From Eledone cirrhosa (lineage: Eukaryota): a DNA stretch of 64,000 nucleotides. The position numbers were made by a program, and so were the translations under genes. Location of the stretch: NCBI GenBank assembly GCA_964016885.1, contig OZ024745.1, positions 123,752,001 through 123,816,000 of the forward strand, written 5' to 3'. The notes under the pieces were generated by a model. It did not search any database. It saw nothing but the letters and a program-made list of their open reading frames with translations, and had not been told where the DNA came from. Shown piece after piece: positions 1 to 12,803 of the stretch; within the stretch, counting starts at the first letter, position 1; the number at the start of each line of letters is the position of its first letter.

Positions 1-569
1 TCTAGTTCTTTCTTCTCTGTATCCAAAATATTTTCTGGTCCAGCATTTCCTCAACATCAACTTTATAAATTGATTGCTTTATTCCAATGTGGGGTTACTA
101 TCGTCTAATTTTTATTTGAATTCATCGTTATAACAGAGTCAGATTCTGACATTAAATCAATGTCTGATAAATTCTGTTAATTTCAATAAAAGAGTTGTAT
201 TTCTTTTGTTCTTCAACTAAATCATTCACCATTAGTTTTGATTTCACTTTTCGGCACCAAATTTGTTGATATGAATTATCATTATTAAAATGTGTCACTT
301 CTCTCTCAAAAAAGGAGCAATTAATTGTGACCTACCCTTATATTCAAAAAAATATTTATATAATACTCTTTCATTGATTTAAACTGAAAATAGTTTCCAA
401 AGTCATCCAAAGACTGGATATTTGACATTAGAAATGAGTTGCCGTCCGACCACGACTGTAGTTGTTGTTTGATGACAAATGTGAAATATAAATAAATGAC
501 TTATGGCATTCTTTGACTTTCATTTACATTTTAATGTCACCACTACAGTCGTAGTTATGTGTCATGGGG
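1..569 (-). mobile_element. Possible 5' end of a decayed piggyBac-like element
   Basis: The minus strand starts TTAA-CCCC, followed by a broken acidic frame (LSDIDLMSESDS) like piggyBac transposase N-termini. The other end is outside the window. Confidence 0.3.
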
Positions 570-573
570 TTAA

Positions 574-790
574 CTCTTTAGCATTTAAACCGGCTGTGTC
601 CAGCCAGAATTATCTCACCTCTTTCTGTTCAAACCGGCCATAACCGGCTGCTTATACTTATATTAAGGTATTCTTTTCAAAATAAATAATATGAAAATCT
701 CATAGATTTGATATTATGTGAGATAATTATGTGAAATAAAGTGTTTACCGTGAAAACACAATAGTAAATATAGAGTAATTGCTAAAGGTG
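574..790 (+). mobile_element. ~215-bp piggyBac-type MITE
   Basis: TTAA + CTCTTTAGCATT…TTGCTAAAGG ends. Internal sequence is shared with the copies at 23812, 28987, 49465 and 49940. Confidence 0.75.
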
Positions 791-3679
791 TTTAGTCCAT
801 CATATTAATCTGTGCTGATTTTTTTCTTTCTATTTGTCAAATTATTGCTTTACAGGACATAAACATACAAATGTCAACAGAGACACGGACACAAGAACAA
901 TCAGACGTGCACACACTCATAGATACATTTATATTCAATGGGCTCATACAGGTTCCATCTATGCAATTTTCCTCACATGGCATTGGGCAACATGTGGCTA
1001 TAATGTAAGACACTTGCCCAAGGTGCCATGCAAGGGGATTGAACTAAAAACCACATAGATATGAAGTGAATTTCTTAACTACACAGTTGTAACTGTATCT
1101 AGGGTGTTGGAAATGAGTTCATTGTTGTGGTTATTGATTTCTTTTGACATGGTACAATCCCAGATTTTATTAACTTGTAGTAGTTACAGTAGCTTAAATT
1201 ATGTTTAGTACATTACCAGTTACCATTATATTGACTACTAAAGGATCTTTGCTAGGATTTGTAGTCAGCTGATAGCAGGATGTAACTAAATACTTTTGAA
1301 TCATTTAATCTGATATCATTCCTTGCAGCCTCATGGCTAAAATATTAATAATGCATTTACAATTTCCTGCTGTTATTCTAGAAAGTAAAAAACAGGAAAA
1401 TATCATCAATAACAATATCATACAAGAGCATTTTAAATTGTTGTCCATTATTCTCCATTTTGGTCTTACAAATGACAGTGCTTTAAGGCTGAAACCAGTA
1501 AAAGAATAAAGTATTTGAAATAGGTTTTGAATGTGTTAAGAAATGGTACTTATGGAAAAGTATCCTGGGCATAAATTTATGTATATCATTTTGGGTGGAT
1601 TTATGTTAGATGCAATTTTATTTATAGAAAAGGATATTTAAAGATCTTGGCTAAAATTTAGCTAAATAAGTGCTTATATGAATATGTAAAACACAAATGA
1701 ACAGAGAATTATTATTGTATGAATTAGTACCTATTGAAGGCACATAACTGATAGGCTGGAAAGTTTTGTAGACTGACAATGCAGTAAGCAGATCTGTTAA
1801 TCACCAACAGAATGGAGTGGTTTCATTGTTTGGCTTACAATGATGGATCACTTGAAATAATTCATGCATTTCCTACACTTATTTAATTGATGTTACTATG
1901 ATTATGAAAGATATAAATAGCAGAGTTTAAAGAATGTGCAGGGAAAGGAGAATGATGAATTGTAGGGTGTCTGATGCGAGTACAAGGATAAACAGTTCAG
2001 TAAAGCTAAGAACGCTATAACAGTTTAATAGGAGCAAAGAATGCTTGTAAACAACACAACATTATCATTTTATTACTGGGTAAAGGAGTTGTTACATGGT
2101 TTTACTTAGACGCTGTCAATTTAAATATCAATCTCATATGATTAACTGAGGAAGTAGCCATTTGTTTAAAATCTATTATCACCAGTATCTCTGATAAGGA
2201 GGCAGCTGTAAGAAAGATCTATTACCTGCTTCAAAATACTTTCATACCACTATCACAGTGCCGTTTAAGAAAAGAGAAATTTTTCATAGAGTTAGGTACT
2301 ATGTATTAACTTCAAATTAATGCTTTCGTGTGTATGTCCTTCTCATGAGATCTGAATGCCAAGTAGGTAAGGTTTATTCCACACCAGTACATATCCTACA
2401 TAAGTCATTTTACTGTGACTCGGGAGAACATAATTTGGATGCAGCTGATCTGGTGGCAAAGAAATTGCTGCAAGTTTGCCTTCTTCATGCATGTGTAGTC
2501 AAAGAGGAAACTCACCCACCTGAACAATACAAGGGTTCAAACTCAACCTTCTTTGAGTTCTTCTTCTCCTCTTCCTTCTCCCACATATTTCTGGGAGGGT
2601 CATGGGGGAAGAGTCCTCAAGCACTTCTTCTAGTGGGTCCTGTCAGAAAATAAACCTTTTTTTCTAATGACTTTTTAGGATTGCCATTAGGAAAAAAAGT
2701 ATTTATTTTTCATAAAAAATTTAAAGTTCATATATGTGTTTTCCTAAAATACTTTCCTGTAATACACCTTCCATTTGCGATGAGGTGGTTTGCAGTAATT
2801 AATCGTGACCTTGTGATAGTATTGTATGTTGTGCAGTGTCTATTTAATTGGACTTTGATTATTTACTCATGTTTTATAAACCTGTTGATTATTTTGACAA
2901 ACTGACTTCACAAAAAGGTGATATCATGTTTATAAAGTAATGTTTATATTATACAAAACTATTCTGAAAGACTGCTGTTGTTTAGCCCCTGGTCAATCCT
3001 AGTATAGCAGACTTATTATTATTAAAGGTATTTCAGCCATGACCATCCCATCTTCCTTTCACACTCTCATATATATATATCATCATCATCATCTGTGTTT
3101 AATGTCCATTTTCCACGCTAGCATGGGTTAGACGGTATATATATACATGTGTGTGTGTGTGTGTGGTGTGTGTGTGTGTGTATATATCATCATCATCATC
3201 TTCATCACTGCTTAACATCCATTTTTCCATGCTGCCATGGGTTTGATGAGTTATCCTTTTGTGAGCAATGCTAAGTCAGGTGACCATATCATGCTCATAC
3301 AGAACCGATTTTGGCTTGGTTTCTACAGCTGGATGACCTTCCTAGTGCCAACCTCATTTACAGTGAGTACTGGGGGCTTTTTTGTTGTGACGGCTACACG
3401 ACCAATTTACAGTGTGGACTGTGTACTTTTTGTTGTGACGCCTAAACGACCACTTATATATATATATATATATATATATATAACATAAAGCAAAACATGT
3501 CCGCCTCAGATAAAATACATAGAAGATGTATAATTTTTTCATGATATGCTGGTAGACAAACGGGCTGGACAGATCAGTGACCACCAAACATATGACTAGA
3601 AAAAACTCAACACAAAGGGGGTTACGTTACTGGATATATATAAGACCACAGTCTTTAATGCCACCACCCTTCCATCGAT

Positions 3680-4135
3680 ATCCAGTTTTGGTCTTTAGGG
3701 TGCTGCGGTTGTCCTGGACTCCGAGGTAGGCAACACCAGGTAATGTCTCACAGCCTCTCCATGAATTTCTGTCCATAGTATCAACATCAGCCAAGTTCCA
3801 TTTATACAAATCACTCTTCATGCACTCCAACCACATCTTCCTTGGTCTGACGCAATCTCTAGTGCCAGGGATTTACCAAGTGATTGATGGAGTTGATGCA
3901 TGATGTGGCTTGCTGTACATGTCCTTACCAAGACGTTGTGTGCGAAGGACAGCAGTGATCTCATCCACACCCAGCTTCTGTTGGAATACAATTTGGCACC
4001 ACAGATCCACCTAATCATGGCACGATCATTTCGCCTGAGCCGTTGCAGATCTGAGGCATTTGGAGCCCATGTCTCACTGCCATGAAGCATGGTGGAGCGA
4101 ACACAAGCAGAAAACACTTTGCCACGAATTACGTA
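3680..4135 (-). mobile_element. RTE-clade LINE 3' fragment (decayed)
   Basis: ACVRSTMLHGSETWAPNASDLQRLRRNDRAMIRWICG, the RTE C-terminal signature. Confidence 0.8.
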
Positions 4136-6662
4136 GGATTTAGCTACTATTTCTAGCAGGTGTGAAGTGACTACTTAAAAGTTCCCTTATTTGCTTGTGT
4201 TTTGCAGAATTGTCATTGTAATGTAATAATTATGAAATTATATTTTAATGAATAAAGGTTTCTTTTTTCACTTACAGTTTGATATAAAAATTTAAGAAAT
4301 ATGATAAGCTTGACAACTTAGCAGCTCTACATTAATGTTTGATATGAATGAATAACTTTTCATTTCATGAATATTTTCAACATTATAATATTGTAGTGGT
4401 ATGGCACACACATACACACAGGTCTATAGAGGGATGATGTTGAATGATTTAGACATGATTTCACTTGAACATATTAGTTTTATGTAATATGAACGAATCC
4501 AACAATTTAATATTTGATAAACTATTGACATTCATGTAAACTGTTTATTAAAATACTAATCAGCAAATATTGTCCAGTCAGCTATGCACAATACATCAAT
4601 TTAGAAATGAAGTGACATGCTGCTCTTATTCATTTATTAACTGAATCATACATTGATCCTTTCCCTTTAATAATTCTTACTCTTTTACTTGTTCATATGA
4701 TTCACAAATTGCTTTTATATTATTTTAATCCTTGCTAAAAACAAATGGGATGCAATCTAGTTTGACATAGCCATGGACAGCCTTGTGATCCTATTTGACC
4801 AGCACTGACTGGCTTAGTTTCGCTCTGCCCAACTAATAGTAAATGTAGTTAAGAGACAGGAAGCTACATTGTTTGTGATAGAACCAAAACAGCATAGGGT
4901 TTGAAAGGACCCCTCAGTTTCATCGAGGCTTTGACAACCTCTCTTGTGCTTGTTCGATAATAATATGCACCAAGTACATCCTGTAAAGTGTTATTGTTGG
5001 TTTCTTGAAAAATGCATCTAGTACACTTTGTAAGGTGGCTGGCATTAGGAAAAGCATCTAAGCATAAAATCCCTGCTAAATATGAAAAGTATGATACATG
5101 ATAAATGCACCCAGTGCATGCTGTAAAGTGGTTGAGGATAGGAAGAGCATCTTGCCAAACAAAAGGGTTGGGATGACCCTCAGTTGTGTCAAAGACATGA
5201 CAACCTCTCCTGTGCACTCAGCAGAGCATCAACCATACATAAAACAAGACAGAGATCCCTGGCCTGCCTATGAGATCAGTGGTTCCACTCAGAACTGACT
5301 TGATCTATGTAGACCTGTCCAACCCTTGTTAGTAGGGATAGCAAACATTAAAACAATGCTGATGATATATATCATTTGTCATGAAGGAAATGTTTAGTAT
5401 TTTGTTTCCATTAAGTTCTATTGGAACCAGTAAGATTGTAGTCTGATATATATGAGTTGTTTTTTCATTGTTTCTGCAATTCTACTACATATTGCTGAGG
5501 GATTGTGAATATCGCAGTGCTTGTGTGTTTTTGAATATCTAATATGACTCTTTCATCTTTCATTATATATTTGCTTCGTTTCCACCACGCAGTCTCAAAT
5601 CAGGTTACTTGCCAGACAATTACATCAAAGTGTGTGTGTGTGTATACATATATATATATATATAAATATATATTTATATTTATATTTATAATCATCTTTA
5701 TTTTATGTCCATTGTCCCATGCTTGCTTGATTTGTTGGGTTGTATTGGTCCTTCTCAGTACAATATCTCTCCACTTGTTGCGTTCCTTTGTCATCTCCCC
5801 ATGAGCTTTAGAGTCTTGAGATAATCTCTCACCACTTATATACATACACGCACATCTCTCTCTCTCTCTTTCTCTTGAATTGAAACAAAACCGTCTGACC
5901 CATGCTAGCATGGAAGATGGACATTAAACGATTACGATGATGACAATGATATATACATGTGTACCCCAGGTTCAATCGGGGGTACCACAGTAATTAAAGT
6001 ACCCAATACATAGCAGAGTATAAATATTTAATATAGAAATGTCTTCTACAGGACTAGAATGAAACAGTTCTAGCCCTGTAGAAGCCATTTCCGTCCCATT
6101 GATCAAACTGCTGGAACATTCATTATTGAAACAGAGAGGTCTATTCCTTTCAATTCTTTACACAATATTTATATGTGTATATGTGTTATACAGCATACCT
6201 TCTTCTCATTTAGATGTTTATGTTAATTGTTTGCAACTTCTTTTTCTTCAATTAAATGGGATTTTCTTCCTAATTACTCAACTATTAAAGTAAGTGTAGT
6301 GATTATTTTGGTGTTTGTTGAAAATAATAAACATTGCTAAAGGGTCTTGTGTAATGTGATTATGTGTGCTATCTATCTGCCATTTTGCTGTGATGTTGCT
6401 TCTATATTTTGATTCCAATAGTTATAGAAGACATTTATAACTTAAATACACTCACACCAGGGGCGAAGGGTCCGTGCATGCGTTATAGAATCTTGAGTTG
6501 ATCAATTGCGTCGGTTGAAGCAGGCAGAATTTTGTCTGCTTACTAAATCGTAGACATAAAAAGATAACACACAAACACACGACAGCTTTGGGGCAAGCAG
6601 AATTTTGACTGCTTACTAAATCGTAGACGCATAAAAAGATAACACACACACACACAAACATA

Positions 6663-6694
<32 letters not shown>

Positions 6695-6714
6695 CAAACA
6701 TATATATATATATA

Positions 6715-7060
6715 TCATCATTCATCATCATTTCATTTTTATGTCCGCTTTTTCCCTGCTTGCAAGGGTGGGACGGGAACTGATGCTGGCTTGATTTCTA
6801 CAGCTGGATGCCCTTCCTAACACCAACCTCATTTACAGTGAGTGCTGGGTGCTTTTTTGCCGTGGCACCTCCACGACCACTTTGCAGTGGAATGATAGGG
6901 ACCTCAGTCCCTATCATCTCATTTCTACAGCTGAGTAAACTGGAAACATGTGAAATAAAGTGTCTTGTTCAAGGAAACAACACATCACCCGGTCCGAGAA
7001 TTGAACTCACAACCTTTCGATTGCAAGGCCAATGCTCTAACCACTAAGCCATATGCCTCC
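6715..7060 (-). mobile_element. tRNA-headed SINE family 2 (RTE-type tail)
   Basis: Head GGAGGCA.ATGGCTTAGTGGTTAGAGC…GAGTTCAATTCTC (A and B boxes), central domain, internal hairpin GATAGGGAC/GTCCCTATC, and tail CCCTTGCAAGCAGGGAAAAAGCGGAC…(ATG)n shared with the RTE 3' end. Four near-identical copies in the window. Confidence 0.88.
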
Positions 7061-7142
7061 ATGTATATGTATATATATATATATATATACAAACATATAT
7101 ACATATATATATGTATATACAAACATATATATATATATATAT

Positions 7143-7175
<33 letters not shown>

Positions 7176-7597
7176 TTTTTTTGTATGGATTACTGATGCC
7201 TGAAGTAGCCCAACAAACCAATTACTGAAGAAAATGTTCAGTATATATTTAGTTATATTGGAATCTTTGAATTCTAAAACGTTAAAAAGAAAATAAGTTG
7301 ATATAAACAAAAAGTATAATGTTTATAGGAGGTAAAAATTGATAGCTATACATTGTTTTGTTGTTTTATGTACAATATATGGTGGGGAATCTTTGTTGAA
7401 AGAATTTACAAGTTCTCTATTGGTTATAATTATCAATTATTTTCAGATATTCAATACACTGTCGGTTTGATAGACCTTGGTTTTAAAATGTATTAAAGCC
7501 GTCATTCTTTCTTCATTTAGACTTCTCTCTGCTCTTGACAAGTACAAGTTATGTCAGTTTCTAAGTAAGATATCAACTGTATATGACCCACAGTTTA

Positions 7598-7627
<30 letters not shown>

Positions 7628-7633
<6 letters not shown>

Positions 7634-7825
7634 ATGATATTAATAAATGGAAACTATCTTTATAAAACCATATTTATTTTATTAATAAAATAAATATGGT
7701 TTTATAAAGATAGTTTCCATTTATTAATATCATTGATATTATACTCCAGAAGAATCTTGTAGAGTGCTTCAAATCTGTTATAAATAAATTTGTGGAATAA
7801 CCAACAAATTAAATATCTCTTTGCG
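7628..7825 (+). mobile_element. Minimal PLE-type pLTR element: perfect 112-bp palindrome plus ~85-nt tail, embedded in (TA)n
   Basis: 7628-7683 is the exact reverse complement of 7684-7739. The sequence is homologous to the region just 3' of the hammerheads at 26019 and 43396. Confidence 0.7.
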
Positions 7826-8139
7826 TATATATATACATATATATATATATGTATATATACATATATATATACATGTATATGTATATGTATATATATGTAT
7901 GTATATGTATATATATATGTATATATATATGTATGTATATGTATATATATGTATGTTTGTGTATATATGTGTATGCATATGTATATATATGTGTATGTAT
8001 ATGTATATATTTGTATGTATATATATATATGTATGTATATGTATATATATATATGTATATATATATATGTATATATATGTATATGTATATATATGTATGT
8101 ATATATATGTATATACATATGTATGTATGTATGTATATG

Positions 8140-8170
<31 letters not shown>

Positions 8171-8467
8171 GTATATATATGTATATGTATATATATGTAT
8201 GTATATATATGTATATACATATGTATGTATATATGTATATGTATATATATATATATGTGTATATACATATGTATGTATATATGTATATATACATATGTAT
8301 GTATATGTATATATATGTATATATATCTATGTATATATATGTATATATATATATATTGTATTTGTATATGTATGTATATATATGTATATATATGTATGTA
8401 TATGTATGTATATATATGTATATATATGTATGTATATGTATATATATGTATGTATATATATGTATAT

Positions 8468-8507
<40 letters not shown>

Positions 8508-8520
8508 GTATATATGTATA
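7826..8520. repeat. Compound (TA)n/(TATG)n microsatellite, ~700 bp
   Basis: Directly visible. Source of the spurious YI/CM-rich ORFs. Similar tracts at ~26070-26390, 38930-39090, 42420-42680 and 44070-44165. Confidence 0.97.
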
Positions 8521-8862
8521 TCATCATCATCATTTCATTTTACGTCCGCTTTTTCCCTGCTTGCAAGGGTGGGACGGGAACTGATTCTGGCTTGATTTCT
8601 ACAGCTGGATGCCCTTCCTAACACCAACCTCATTTACAGTGAGTGCTGGGTGCTTTTCTGCCGTAGCACTTCCACGACCACTTTGCAGTGGAATGATATG
8701 GACCCCAGTCCCTATCATCTCATTTCTACAGCAGAGTTAACTGGAGCAATGTGAAATAAAGTGTCTTTTCTCAAGGAAACAACACATCACCCGGTCTGAG
8801 AATTGAACTCACAACCTTTCGATTGCAAGGCCAATGCTCTAACCACTAAGCCATGGGCCTCC
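8521..8862 (-). mobile_element. SINE family 2 copy
   Basis: Collinear with 6715-7060. Confidence 0.88.
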
Positions 8863-8895
<33 letters not shown>

Positions 8896-9152
8896 GCAAA
8901 TTGGACGTGTAGGCACCACGGAAAAAAGCACCCAGCCCACACTGTAAATGAGGTTGGTGTTAGGAAGGGCATCAAGCTGTAGAAATCAAGCCAGAATCAG
9001 TTCTCATATGAGCAAGACAAGGTCAGCCGACTGGACAGTGCCCACAACAGGACAACCCGTCTAACCCATGCTAGCGTGGAAGAACGGACGTAAAACGGTG
9101 ATGTTGATGATGACTCACACATATATATGCACACATATATATACATGCACAC

Positions 9153-9198
<46 letters not shown>

Positions 9199-9433
9199 AC
9201 ATACACACAAATATATACATACACATACACATATATATATATATCCACATACACTCACACACACACATACACATATATAAAATTGCAAGTCTGAAGAACT
9301 ATTAGATAAAATATATACAGTATTTCCTCTCCTAGTCTGCGAAAGGTTGCCAAACTCATATATGTATCTGTGACTATGTCTAATGATATATATTTACCCC
9401 TTTGAATGTTATCTATATATATATATATATGTA

Positions 9434-10778
9434 TCATCATCATCATCATCATCATTTTACATCCGCTTCTCCCTGCTTGCAAGGGTGGGATGGGTCTTAT
9501 TCAGCACAGAATCTCTCCACTCGTCACGGTCCCTCGTCAACTCCACCGTGAGCTTCAATGATCTGAGGTCTGTTCTCACCACCTCCGCCCATGTTTTTCG
9601 TGGTCTACCTCTACCACGTCTTCCTTCAACTGGCAATTCCTGGCACTTTTCACCCATCGGTCATCCTCCATGCGCATCACATGTCCATACCACCTCAGTC
9701 TCCTCTCCCATACACTACATTCTATCCCTCGCAGACACAGTTTCTCTCTCAACACATTTATGCTGGGTCGTTCACGCACATTTACACTGCACATCCAACG
9801 GAGCATGCTTGCCTCATTTCTCTCCAGTCGTCGCATATCCTCTGCAGTTGCTGCCCATGTCTCACTACCATGCAGCATCGCGCTCCTCATACAGGCATCA
9901 TACAACCGGCCTTTCATACGCAGGGAGAAACCCTTCTTTGTCAACAGAGGAAGCAGCTCCCTAAACTTCTTCCAAGCCGTCCTTATTCTAGATACTATGG
10001 CCTCGGAACACCCTCCTCCCATGCTAATCTGATATCCTAGGTACCGGAAGCTATCCACCATTTCTATAGCGCCCTCTTGCATTTGAAAAATGTGTCTATC
10101 AGTGCGACTTCTACTGTCTAATTTCTCTGTACATCTACTGCATACATATTTCTCCCTACCTGTTAGTTTGCCTGCTATCCAGCTACATCTCTTGTGTACC
10201 CAGGATCTGCATTGTGTGCATTTTATAGAATTTATGCCAGTTCCTTTTCTGCATATCGAACATGGCCATTTCCCTGACGGAATCAGGGTTTTGTCCTCTT
10301 TTCTACTCATCAACACTTTTGTCTTAGCTAGATTCACTCTCAGTCCTCTTGCTTCCAACTGCTGTTTCCATAGCCAGCATTTATTCTCTAGCTCCTCTAC
10401 TGATTCTGCTATAAGAACTAGATCATCAGCATAGAGAAGTTCCCATGGACAGCCAGTCTTAAACTCCTCTGTTATGGCTTGGAGGACTATAATGAACAAG
10501 AGCGGGCTGAGGACCGAACCCTGATGTACTCCTACTTGTATCTGGAATTCCTCACTAAACTCCATTCCTACCCTGACTTTACCGAGAGTACCTCTGTACA
10601 AAGTTTGCACTTTCCTCACAAGCCATTCCTCAACACCTAGCTTCCTTAGGGACCACCAGATGACAGATCGAGGTACCCTATCAAAGGCCTTCTCTAGGTC
10701 AACAAAGGCTAAGTATAGTGGCTTATTCTTCTCTAAGAACCTCTCTTTTAATTGTCTCACCAAGAAGAGGGCATCTGT
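9434..10778 (-). mobile_element. 5'-truncated RTE-clade LINE (reverse transcriptase, Cys-rich insert, C-terminus, (ATG)n tail)
   Basis: ORF 9576-10814 contains FVDLEKAFDRV, GVHQGSVLSPLLF, LLYADDLVL, CSIC…CTQC…HKRC…CSRC, FRYLG and MLHGSETW. It continues in a shifted frame (9457-9657, GRRGRGRPRKTW) and ends in (CAT)n on the + strand. Confidence 0.95.
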
Positions 10779-10991
10779 ATATATATTTATATTGTTATAC
10801 TTGGGGAGGGTCATATTTGTGTAATAATATTGCCAGAATTAATAACAGAACACACTCACTGTTTGGTTGGTTTTCGCTTCTGTGTCTTTTATATCGGTTA
10901 ATTTAATTTATTCGGTCCTCAATATTACCATTGACTGACCAACGGTCAAAAATACAGATATAATATAGACACAAACACATATATATAGTCT

Positions 10992-11033
10992 AACAAAGTT
11001 CTTTCGTTGCACATCGGCAACATCATCAGTATT
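10992..11033 (-). ncRNA. Minimal type-I hammerhead-like motif
   Basis: Minus strand: aata CTGATGA t gttgc-cgatgt-gcaac GAAA g-aa-c TT tgtt. Core intact, helix II 5 bp, short helices I and III. Confidence 0.6.
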
Positions 11034-11534
11034 GCTATTATGTTTCCTCCCGTTGCTATTATGTTTCCTCCCGTTGTATTGTATGCCTACGCCATCTTTA
11101 TTTAGTCTGTTTATTTATTTTTTTTTTTTTGTCTTCTCTGTGCATGCGTTTGCGTGTGTGTATAGTGTTTTGTTTGATGTGTGTTCGTGTTTGGGTGACT
11201 GTGTATTGGTTTTGTATTCTATCTTAGTTTACTAGTGTGTGTTTATATGTGTTTGTTGTTATTGTGCTTGTGTATGTATTTATTTATTTATTTATACTTC
11301 TCTTAGGTCAGTGTTGTTTGTTTGGGTGTTGATGTTATTGCATTCATTTTTTCTGTTTAGCCTTGGCCTTCTAAGTTCTATTTTACTGGCCTCTCTGATT
11401 TGCCTATCTGCTGGGTCATTTCTATGTTTAGATATTATTCTAATTTCTATGTTGTCTATGTTACCGTCATGTTGTTGTCTGGCATGTTCGTATAGTACTG
11501 AACCGTTTTTTCGTCCTTTTAAAACTATGTTTTA

Positions 11535-11612
11535 AATTGCCTTGTCCGATGAACGAATGAGGACGTTTCTTGTATTCGTCTTATTCGGGAAACCTCTGGT
11601 AATGAGGTAATT
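11535..11612 (+). ncRNA. Type-I hammerhead-like motif with a U4->C core variant
   Basis: aattgccttgt CCGATGA a[cgaatgaggacg…cgtcttattcg]g GAAA cc-tct-gg TA atgaggtaatt. Helix I 11 bp, helix II ~11 bp, helix III 3 bp. Confidence 0.65.
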
Positions 11613-11635
11613 ATATTGTATTGTTTATTATACAT

Positions 11636-11669
<34 letters not shown>

Positions 11670-12803
11670 TATATATATATGTATATATATTTTAACAAAA
11701 TGTGCAGATATGGCTATATAGTTAAGAAGCTTACTTTGCAACCATGTGAATTCAATTTAAGTCCCACTCCATGGCACTTAGGGATAGGGGAGTGTTTTCT
11801 ACTGTATTCTTGAGTTGACCAATGTCTTGTGAGTGAATTTGGTTTATAGAAACTGGAGAAAGCCCATTGTTGATTTATACATATGTACATGTTTGTCTCA
11901 GTGGGTATCTTTGCATTGACACCACTTGTGTTGCTGGTGATGTTTGTTTATGTCTCTCATAAATGTTATAGTCCATATTTAAGCAGTCCTACCTCTAAAG
12001 ATTAGCTACTTACTTTTAAAAAAAGAGTTGGACCTTGGAATGACATGTTGCCTAAAAAAAAACACATCATATTTAGCCTCTGCTAGTATGAAAACTTAAA
12101 AATAATTGTTTCTACTTTTGGCACAATGCGCCAGCAATTATCCCAGTACATTACTGGTACTTTATTGAGATATATATCTATATATCACTAAAAGTCTGTG
12201 ATTGCTTGCTTGCTTGTCTGTAATGTAATGCAGCCAAAAGGGTGCATGATGGGAAAATACTTTGAAAGAAGTTTGTCTCTGAAATGGGAATACAAATGGA
12301 ATAAAATAAGTTTTGCGTAAATCGAACCATGGGTTCCCGAGATATGGGTTTTTTTGGGTACCTTCATAATTAGAGAGAGAGAAGGATAGAGAGAATGAGA
12401 GAGTAGATTGAGAGAGAAGGAGAATGGAAGAGAGAGCTGGTGGAGTTGTTGTATATATATATGTGTGTCTGTTTATGACCAGTGTATATAGATCACAGAC
12501 ACCTACATATATATATATATATATACACACACATATATATATATGTATACAAACACACAATAATATATATACATACACACACGTATATATATGGGCCTTC
12601 CAATTTCATTTCACATTATATACATGCCTGTGTATATTTTAATTATTTAAAAATTATTTTTAACCGAACATGATTTAAAAAAATAGAAATGTTGATCATG
12701 TAACTTTCTGACTTCTAAATGAAGTTAAAGAATGTTTATGAGTAACAGAGACCATATAGTGTAAATATGAGAATAGGTTCTCAAACATCACTCTTCCCGA
12801 GAG

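Larger units (their letters stand above)
10780..11635 (-). mobile_element. 5'-truncated Penelope-like element (GIY-YIG C-terminal remnant plus pLTR)
   Basis: Minus strand ~11530-11335 reads GSVLYEHARQQHDGNIDNIEIRIISKHRNDPADRQIREASKIELRRPRLNRKNEC, homologous to the C-terminal half of ORF 41575-41955. It shares the terminal motif TTGTTAT.CTT.GG.AG and a hammerhead with the 41-kb element. Confidence 0.8.

Noticed and set aside
7702-8621. Long ORFs (up to 266 aa) rich in Y/I/M/C/H, and similar ORFs elsewhere
   Set aside because: They are translations of (TA)n/(TATG)n microsatellites that lack stop codons.
10779-10814. Start codon of the 412-aa RT ORF
   Set aside because: It lies in the neighbouring PLE end. 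The LINE is 5'-truncated, so this is not an intact gene.
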